NCBI GenBank assembly: GCA_012295275.1 | Contig: CM022669.1 | Coordinates: forward strand, 6,820,001-6,884,000 | DNA length: 64,000 bases | Source: Chrysomallon squamiferum | Taxonomy: Eukaryota > Animalia > Mollusca | Reading direction: 5' to 3' | Shown here: one piece after another, positions 54,473 to 64,000 of the stretch | Layout: each line of letters opens with the position of its first letter | How positions within the stretch are numbered: position 1 is the stretch's first letter | Translations under genes and position numbers: made by a program | Notes under the pieces: model-generated | What the model was told of the DNA's origin: nothing | Databases searched by the model: none | The model's input: only the letters and a program-made list of their open reading frames with translations

Positions 54473-55178
54473 GCTTTCTTAACCACTTCTATTAATAATA
54501 CTTTTACTGCTACCACCACGATGCATGATTATTACACACTACATATATATATATATATATATTACCAAACATAAATCCAGTGTATCAGAGAGTTTGAAAT
54601 TCCTTGTTCTTTTATATAAACATGACAAATGTTTTAACATCGTCTTTTTCATGGCATACTTTTAAGCACGTCATCACAATCCATGTTCGCTTGGCAGCCA
54701 TTGTACATGAACCTCTAAAAATAAAAAGATATGAAACACAAAATTTTTTTTCATTAATTAATTATTTTCTTAAACCAGTCGAAATATTTAATAAACATCT
54801 GCGTTTTCTTTCTTTCTTTCTTTCTTTTAATTTTTTTTTTTTCTTTGTTATTCGAAGAAAGATTGCGAAAGCGATAATAATGGGGTCGTCGACTGGTATA
54901 TTTGTGTTTGTAAAATTAGCTTTCACTCACGCAAACAATATGGCTGAGATTGTGTGATAAATTTAATACTTCTAAACTTTCCTATAAGGTCTGAAGTCGT
55001 GCAGGTGTTGACAACAAAGAAATAAATATATATTATAAGGTTTATACATATCTGGACATGGAGGTACATGTTATGAATTCTAAACGGAAAAACATTTATT
55101 GACGGACTGGTAAGTTTGATTGATTGATTTACATTTTATTGGTATGTTTTATTTTCGCAGTGTTTTTCATTTACACAA

Positions 55179-55220
<42 letters not shown>

Positions 55221-55815
55221 CTTCAATGCTGACAATGATTTAGTACTAGATTAGTTAAAAATGGCATGGTCTACCAGTGGGTTTGATATTTAGTGTAAAT
55301 TATTTCTTCAGAATAGATTAGAATGCGTATACGTGTCTTCTGCTTCTAAATTTAAATTAAAATATTTTCAAATTCCTTTGAAAAATATTTTCAATAATAT
55401 ATAAATCATGACCTTTCCTTCTATATTTGTCGCACGCATATCGTAAAACAGACGAAATTCACACGAACTACAGATAAAATTATTGCTTTGCCTGTATTTT
55501 AATATCACCGTGTTAATTTTCTTTTCAAAACGGAAACTAAATTCCATTATCTTCATCGCCTGACTGTACGTGATATCACTAAACTTCACTGTGCCTGGAA
55601 AGAACAGCGCGTTTCGTGATATCATAACGATACACACTTTTTAAAAACAAAACTTTAGAGCTGGAATCCTGTTAACAACAAAAACAAACTCTGTATTTAT
55701 TTTTGTGTTTTGGTTACACCGTTTTTTTGTTTTTTTTTGTGAGTTTGTGTTTTGTTTTTTCTCCAGAAGTTCAGTTTTAAATCGTGTCCTTAGTATGAAT
55801 GTATTTTATGTAGTA

Positions 55816-55898
55816 GTCGTCAATGGAAACGTCACATAAAACAACTAAATATACGCCTTCTAAACTTAGAACCCAAAGACGTTGTTTTCATCGGAAAC
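55816..55898. promoter_or_regulatory. Two degenerate X-box-like motifs upstream of gene C (GTCGTCAATGGAAAC, GTTTTCATCGGAAAC)
   Basis: Both are GT-N4-N3-GGAAAC with a 3-nt spacer; a strong donor CAG|GTAAGC at 56223 marks a likely UTR exon. Confidence 0.35.
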
Positions 55899-56512
55899 GT
55901 TGTGTCAGTTTGTTGTGGTAATGTTTTCTGAAGGAATTCTAGATGTCGCCTGAGGAAATTATTTCTAAAGTAGCTGTAGCCAGTAGAAACTTTGTTTAAT
56001 GTTGCTGTTGTCAAAAGAAATACATTTCTAAAAGTAACGGTCACGATTGGAAATATCTTCAACAGCAGCTGAAACCTGTGAAAACTGATGAAAAAAAACC
56101 TGTTATACTTTCTCGTGAAATGTCTAAGCATAAATTATTAAAGTTTGAAAAGTTTGGAAAATTAGAGAACAGACCCGATATATAAGTTTGTGAATTAAAA
56201 AGAAGAACTGAAACCTTAACAGGTAAGCATTGCTTATTTTTGTTGAAGTTCATTTTTGGATTTTAGGTCTGGAATCTGGAACTTTAAATCACTACACTGA
56301 AATATATACTGACTAAATGGGCCTAGAAATGTCAGAAATATATATCTAAATAACCTGAATTGGCTAAAAGCAGTAACAGTACAAAGTAAAATTAAATAAT
56401 CCAATTACAAAATTATACCATATCAAATGAAGGATTGTTCTGCCTATGTATTTCAGTAATGTACTTTTATTGTTGATATGTTTGTGCTATTTAAGATTAA
56501 CAGTGAAGGATT

Positions 56513-56820
56513 ATGGGATGCGGACCAAGCCGATCAAATAAATCCAGAAACAAAAATGGCGATCTCGACTCAGTCTTCGATATGGTAATATCAGTTACTT
56601 TTTATTTATTTATTTATTTATTTATTTTTATTATTTATTTTTATTTTTTAGTTTCATATGCTTTTTACCTAATTAAAAAAACAAATTCATGAACATAAAA
56701 GTTAAAATAAAAGCGATTACTAAGAATAATGTTTTTTTAATTAACTACTTTTAATGATGTTAATACTGCTGTCTGGACTATTCGCTTTGTCGCTCGATAA
56801 TTAATAGCGTTGTACAGTTG

Positions 56821-56880
<60 letters not shown>

Positions 56881-57785
56881 CAGATAATGACGATAACGAT
56901 AATCAAGTCGACAATTAAAATATCAAATAATACAAAATTTCGAATAAACTGGAAATTTCCTATACACTTTTATTCAGAAACAAACCATTTTATTTACCAT
57001 CATTCTGCTCTCTCTTTCAGCTCCAGATTCCGTGGAGAGAAGACGGGTACCCACCCCCAGAACCTCCCAAGAAGACAAAGGAAGAAATATTCTGTGTAGA
57101 CGATTATACTGACATCGATAAGAGAGCTGCTGAGGTCTTGCTTTTTTCTTTTTTCTTTTTTTTATATTTTGTTTCTGTTGTTGCTGTTGTTGTTGTTGTT
57201 GTTTTGTTTCTTGGAGTTTTATTTCGTTAATTATTTGTACATTTATTTATTTATTTATTTATTCATTCATTCATTCATTCGTTATTTTATTTAATTATTT
57301 ATTATTTTTATGTACTATATTTTGTTATTATACACAAAAACGATAGCTTTATGGCACAGACAAACAGGTAAGAACGAACAAATGAAAGACAAACAAATTA
57401 TCCCCATCGAATACTTTTAATTATAACTTTTAATTATGACGTCAGAGTTAATAAATAATTGTATTTTCTTTCAAAATTCGTTCCAGACCCCACGAGAACT
57501 TGCTCACAGCTACAGCACTCTTTTAGAATACTTAACCTATGACCTCGATAGTGACCTGGAAATACTAAGGTCAGTGTTTACATGGTTAGGCAGTCAAGAC
57601 ATTCACAAACAGGATTTTAGCAAAATCACCGATTTCAATACGCCACTAGGATATATGAAATTAATGAAAACAGGCAAGGGAAGCTACTCTGCCTTCTTAG
57701 CTCTTTTATTAAGGTAAGCTAATAATGTTATGAAAACAACTAATTCTTACGAAGAATTTTTGTTTTGTTTTGTTTCGGTTATATC

Positions 57786-57839
<54 letters not shown>

Positions 57840-60800
57840 AATTTTTGTATATTTTTTAAATTTTTGTATATTTTTTAATCTTTATTTTTATTTCTTTATT
57901 TATTCTTTTTATATATCTTTTTCTTTCTCTCTCTTTTAGAAATTTTCCTATTATTTCCTTCTGTTTTCTAGCTTTTGCTTACCACCATCATCATCATTAT
58001 CTTCATTATCATAAACATTAACATCATTTGTTTTTCCACAGGTGGGTTAAAATACCATGTGTAATAATCCACGGCGTCTCTAAAGGCTTTGACTACGAAG
58101 TGGGAGACAGAGATATCCACCACCTGCGAAACTGCTGGAACGCTGTCTACGTCGACGACTCCTGGCGACTCATACATCCAATCTGGGCTTTTAAAAAGGT
58201 CAAAGGATTCAGCAAAGGTCGATGGACGTTGCATAAGAAAAATAACAGTACGGAGAAGCTTTTGGAGAAAGCCTCAGAAGGAACAGAAGTCAGAGCTACG
58301 GATGATTTTTACTTTCTTACGGATCCTGAAATTCTGATCTACATGTGTCGTCCAGCCGTGGATATGTCTGCGTGGCAGTTACTTAAGAAACCACTGAGCT
58401 TTGAGCAGTTTGTGATGGCTCCGTTTTTCAGACAGAGATATTTTCTGTACGAACTCGAGCTCCTCAGCGAGCAGAAATGCATCCTGCAAGCAAAGAATGG
58501 ATGTGTTGAGATCATCTTCGGCTGTCCGGAACAGTCACCAATGCTGTTTGCTCACGAACTTTTCTACGACACGAGAGCCTCGTTTGAGGAGTTGCCCAGC
58601 GACATAAAGCTCGACAGATACGTTATAATGAGCACAAAACAAGACAAGCGAATATTCTTCGTCAGGCTGCCTGTCTCCGGCATTTATAAACTGAGAATCT
58701 ACGGAGGCATCACCAGACTTTATCACTTGTGCGAGTTTCGCTTGGACTGTGACAGGCCCGTGTCACGTGTCAGACCTCTCCCTGCCAGTTCAGCCATCGG
58801 GTTTGGATTCACGGAGAGGGCACGACAGTGCGGGCTCGATCTTCCTTCGGAATACAGCGGAGTTGTCCGCATCGAAGCGGGACACGGAAAAATCTTTAAT
58901 TTCCTGATGACGAGGGAACTGGAAGTTCAGACCACCGTGCTCCATCATACGATTGCAGCAGACGAGCTGAAAACTTGTATTAAAACCAAAGTCAAGGGGA
59001 CGACTATTAGTGTCTACGTAAGCATCCCCGATAAGATTCTGCAAGAGGAATACGTGATGCAGATTTACACTAGGGACAAAGGAACTCGAGTCAAGTTCCG
59101 CAATGCTGTTAATTACCTTCTGGCTGTTGATCGCAGACCTGAGCCTCTGCAGGTTAGTGTTTTTCTTTTATACATCTTTCTGAACATTTAAAATGTATTG
59201 TCAATATGGCTGGAAGGGAACTATTTTCCATAACTGACAGATTAAATTCTTTTAGTAGAAATGTTAGTCGTAGAAGGTGTTGTTGTACTAATAGTAATGG
59301 TGGTGGAAGCTTGGCTCAGCAGCGATAGCAGTAGCAGCAGTAATAGTAGTAGTAGTAGTAGTAGCATTAGTATTAGTAGTAGTACTAGTTTTTTTGTTGC
59401 TGTGCTTATTATTAGCAGTACATGTACTTGATTTAATACTCCTAGACGATGCAACAGTCATAGCAATATCAGCTGAAGCAAATGTTAGTGAAAATACAAC
59501 ACGAAGTGGAGAGATATAAACGAATAATCCTTTTCTTTATCAATTCTTTCAACGCTTATGTTCCAGAATCCACGTGAATGGCGGATGAGACTGAATCTGA
59601 GGGATTCGTTCGAGCAGGAAGCGATAGCTGACTTAGATCACATCATTCAGTCATGTGACACGTTCACGTCAGACGAAAGCGGGTTCAGCGACAGTGGCAA
59701 GACAGAAACAACGGGATCAAGTCTGGAGAGGCGAAATGTTCTTATTCTTGAAAGAGGTTTGAGTTACTATGTATTATTAGTATATGTTGCACTTCTAATG
59801 TAGGCTATGGAACTCAGATATGAAAGCTCGAAGTAATTCTGTTTTGGGAACGGCCTGTATTGTTATGCACATATATTATCACCTTTGAGGAATTGATCTT
59901 AACAGTTTGCACGTTATCTGTTCTTAAATGAACAATTCAGAAAAATAATTTCTCCTTCGTAACGTATTACATCAGTTAGTGTAAGAACGCCTCACTTTTC
60001 AATCAAGAACATCACAAATAATAATTAATGTTAGTTTAGTACTTCTTACACATATATCTTCAGTGATGATGATGATGATGATTGATTGTTGTTGTTATTA
60101 TTATTATTATTATTACTGTTTCAGACCTGAAGGCCGCAATCCATCGTCGCCATCTTGAAAGTCTAAACACGGCTCTGGAAGTTGCCAAACATTCTGAGTA
60201 CACGGTGCATCTCGATTACCTCATCAAAGAAGGGGAAGAGGTGCGCTCACAACTGCGCAGGCTCAAACGATACCTCCATCACGTGCTTGAAATCAAGCAG
60301 ACGACGCTGTCCGAGATACACAAATATCAGCATCCTCTGCCACCCATCCACTCGACAATGATGGCCACCTACTTACTTCTGCACGAGAAAGAACACGACC
60401 TGACAGTACGTACCTTGATAAAATTTCATTTAACGACTGCAACTCGACGATTATTTGTTATTTTGTGTAATGATATTCAGTCATTTAATCTGCAGTGTCA
60501 CAGTGATGGAATAAAAACATAAATTTTGTATGCGTTTAAATGATGGCCTAAGACGTTTTCTTAGTTTGCTTTTTTTTTTTTTTGTGGTTGCTGTTTTTAC
60601 CTGATTTTATTATTACTTTTTTTTTCTGATAAATCTTTGCTAACAATAAATTAAACCAATTATTTAGTAGATGTGTTCTCTCAGTCTGTTCTTTCCTTTT
60701 TATTTCCCTTAGTATTAACTGAAATGGGTAGATTGAAAAACAGTAGAGAGGTTTAGGACATTCAAATTTATAAAAATAATAATAATATGTTTTTTGACAT

Positions 60801-61062
60801 TTATTTTTTAATTATTTGGACTAATATTTATTTAATTGTTACAGAACTGGCGCTACATTCAAAATCTAATGAGGAGGGTGGGCAGAGAAAGTCTGATTTA
60901 TCGTCTGATGGATTTTGACGTCATCCATTTAGACCAGTACACAGTGGATCGCGTACAGGAGATTATTAGACTGTACAATGAAGACATAGTTCAAACATGC
61001 AGCGCAGCAGCCGCTATATTTTATGTTTGGGTTTGTATTTAATTTTGCTCCGATTTGACATC

Positions 61063-61093
<31 letters not shown>

Positions 61094-61107
61094 TTTTTGA
61101 ATTATAT

Positions 61108-61138
<31 letters not shown>

Positions 61139-61238
61139 TTTGTGGTGGGACTTTATCCCATGCATCTGCTGTCATTATTTAAAATATTATAGATGAATTA
61201 TTTTACTGAGCAAAAAAAAAACAAAAAACAAAAAGTAT

Positions 61239-61308
<70 letters not shown>

Positions 61309-61688
61309 ATTTTCTCTGTATAACATATTTCATTATGTATTTGTTTATTTAGTTTCCTTCTATATTGATTTATTCATTTATTCCGCAGTGTCAGAATATT
61401 GTAATAGAAGCAGTAATCTCACCAACTAGAAATGCCTTCAGGCGAAAGTCTGGAATTTCGATGAGATTTCCATTGCAACGTTCGGCGAGAGTTTTCCCAG
61501 CATTCTTCAGTAAACGTAAGTCACCAGAGGGAGCACAAACGCCGAAAGTTGCCGAGAACTGCGAAGATACCCGAACGAAGATGGTTGACCAAACAACAAG
61601 CAACAGTGAAATGGCGTTATCAAAATCAGTTACCAAGGAAAATGTGACAACTAGCAAATCAATATGTACATCGCGATCCAGCGAATAA
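56513..61688 (+). CDS. Gene C: intact paralogue of gene B, hillarin/KY-like transglutaminase-fold protein with MGC N-terminus and dynein MTBD-like domain (~826 aa)
   Basis: Exons 56513-56584 (MGCGPS...), 57021-57134, 57487-57713, 58042-59152, 59567-59756, 60125-60405, 60845-61030, 61389-61688. Total 2481 nt, open throughout. Same intron positions and phases as gene B. Near-identical block DYEVGDRDI-x-HLRNCWNAVYVD. Confidence 0.92.
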
Positions 61689-62716
61689 ACATTTTATTTT
61701 TACTGACAGTGATATAAATGACAATTAACTGATTTACCACACAAACATAAGAATAAACATAATAATTTATTATTATTTTATTTATTTGTTTGTTTGTTTG
61801 TTTTGCTTGCTTGTTTATTTTTTTTTTTATCTTATTTTTTTTTTCTAACTAAATGATAAAAAATCAGTGCTTATTTTTTATTTTCTTTAAAGAAGAACGA
61901 AAAAAAAAAAGAAAGAGAAAGGCTAAAAAAGAAAAGAAAAGAAACAAAAAGGAAATATAACCTATGAAACATATGGTCCTGATTCAGCTGGGAATAAGAT
62001 ATGTTCCTATGAATAGGCCTATGTTGACATCTGGTCACGATTTAAAGAGCGTAACACTATCGACATTGAACTATTGAGCTAAAGGTTTTTTAGAATTTAC
62101 ATATATATAATTATTATTTTTAATATTATTTTAAAATGTATTTATTTTGTGTCTAATTTTTTATTGACTTACACATAGGTAGCACAGTCCGTTTTTAAAT
62201 GTATTCAATTACATTCCATAAACAATATGTATCAATTATATTTTATATTTTATGTATCGATAGCTGGATCTATATAAAAGTGTGAATAAAATTTTAAATA
62301 TTCATTTTCATTTTCTTTCTTTTCTTTTCCTTATTTATTTTTTTCCTTATTTATTTTTTCCTCTCTTTTTAACTCTCTCTCTCTCTCTCGTATGTATATT
62401 TACTAAATTAAACATGTTGCAAAATTAAACGTATTGCTATTTTTTAAGATATGTGTTAACATTACCAAAAGCAAGAAAAACAACAAACCGAAAGAATTCT
62501 TTACTGTAACAAGAAACCGTAAGAATTCGTTTAAATCCGGAAATATTTTCTTTCCCATCGACCTCATTTCATCTGACAGATAAACCTACTTTCGATTAGG
62601 CCAAAGTTCATTTCCGGTTATATCAAAACAAAATGGACGACTCTCCAGGACAAATCTCAAGGAATTTTGGCGAAAATGCTCAGATTCAGTTATCGTTAAA
62701 TTCGTAGCATTCAAAC

Positions 62717-62975
62717 ATGGGCAAATTAAAATGCTTCGAAGTTGTTTTGAGCGAGAACAAGTCGGTGTACCATCCGGGCGAACGGGTGAACGGACAGGTG
62801 ATTGTCGAATTAAAAGGAGATATAAAAATGAGGTCTCTTCGAATTTTCATGAGGGGTGTTGCCAAAGTGCATTGGACAGAATCGCGAAGCACTGGCAGTC
62901 GTTTGGGTTCGTATACAGAACATTACAATGCAGAAGTAGAGTATTTCTTCAAGAGACAGGTTCTTTTTGGTGGAG
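62717..62975 (+). CDS. First coding exon of an alpha-arrestin (arrestin domain-containing, ARRDC-like) gene; continues beyond the window
   Basis: MGKLKCFEVVLSENKSVYHPGERVNGQVIVELKGDIKMRSLRIFMRGVAKVHWTESRSTG...TEHYNAEVEYF matches the Arrestin_N start pattern (VY-x-x-G-x-x-V-x-G-x-V; G-x-A-x-V-x-W-x-E; Y-x-x-x-x-x-YF). Donor G|GTGTGT at 62976. Confidence 0.9.
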
Positions 62976-63866
62976 GTGTGTATTTTTTATATTTATGTAA
63001 ATTTATGTTCACCGAAAGAAATTATTTTTAAATATTTAAAAATAATAATAAATAGAAACAGAGTTTGTTTATGCAATTTTTAATACTGAGAATAAATTCC
63101 CTTTGTTGTTGTTGTTGTTGTTTAAACCAATATATAACATAAGTATTTTTTAATACACTGCTAATAAACGGATGTCGGTTTGGGCTTTATAGATTAAGGG
63201 TATAACGGGAAAGGTAAAACACTAAAAGGAAGGTATGATTGTTTGCTGACAAACTACTTGTGTACATTACAATGAGTAATGTTTACACTAACAATATTAT
63301 TTGTTATGAATTTTTAATCAAATCTAAGATATGTTTAAATCATTTAAATAAACTTATTTTATTTTATTTTATTTTACTTATTTATTTGTTTAAATTTATG
63401 GATGCTTAAAATTATTGGTATGAAATGTAATTCTAAATGATTCATTTTTGAGAATGAAAAATGGTTGCATATTCATAGGTACAGTGTAAATTAATTAAGT
63501 GTCAAACATATGAAATGTAAATATTGATGTGTCTGAAATAAACTTTTATTAACCTTTACATTATTTGTGTATTTTAGTAATATTAAACGTTTCTGACAAA
63601 TAACATTTAGTTGAACATATTTATTTATGTGTACATTGTACAATCACAACTTTTGATTGTCAGTGTCGAGCCATGTTTAGAACGATAAATAGCCCACCTG
63701 GTATATTAAAGAAGTCTGAATCAGAGTTGTAAAACTGAATTACCACTCACCTTCAATTGACAGATTTATCTTAATAAAGTTCTAATAAAAGCATAAAGAA
63801 AGCTGAAAATGTGTTTATTTTAAATGAAATATTATTATTATTATTATTATTATTACTACTACTACA

Positions 63867-63917
<51 letters not shown>

Positions 63918-64000
63918 GATTTTATAATTAACATAAAAGTGATATTTATTAAGAGCATTCTGTGTTTATTAATGTGGCATCATATTCTTGAAAATATCCC

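Overview
AT-rich, microsatellite-dense animal DNA with spliceosomal GT-AG introns, probably a mollusc or other lophotrochozoan (inferred from gene content and repeat style). Nearly all short ORFs in the track are microsatellite artefacts. Bases 1-~27,800 contain no recognisable coding exon. From 37.6 to 61.7 kb, three tandem + strand paralogues could be assembled by hand from splice sites and reading phases: gene A (37653-41927, ~315 aa), gene B (48084-53756, ~783 aa after repairing a 1-nt frameshift) and gene C (56513-61688, ~826 aa). All three start with an MGC-x-x-S/T dual-acylation motif. All three end in two helical repeats plus a ~115-aa domain resembling the dynein heavy-chain stalk-tip microtubule-binding domain (MTBD), with no motor domain. 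B and C also carry a hillarin/KY-type transglutaminase-like module with a degenerate catalytic triad. RFX X-box-like motifs lie upstream of each gene. The main hypothesis is a motor-free, lipid-anchored membrane-to-microtubule (ciliary) linker family. The window ends with the first coding exon of an alpha-arrestin (ARRDC-like) gene. Other oddities are an array of in-frame splice donors, a 56-bp inverted-repeat pair 3 kb apart and several complex repeats.
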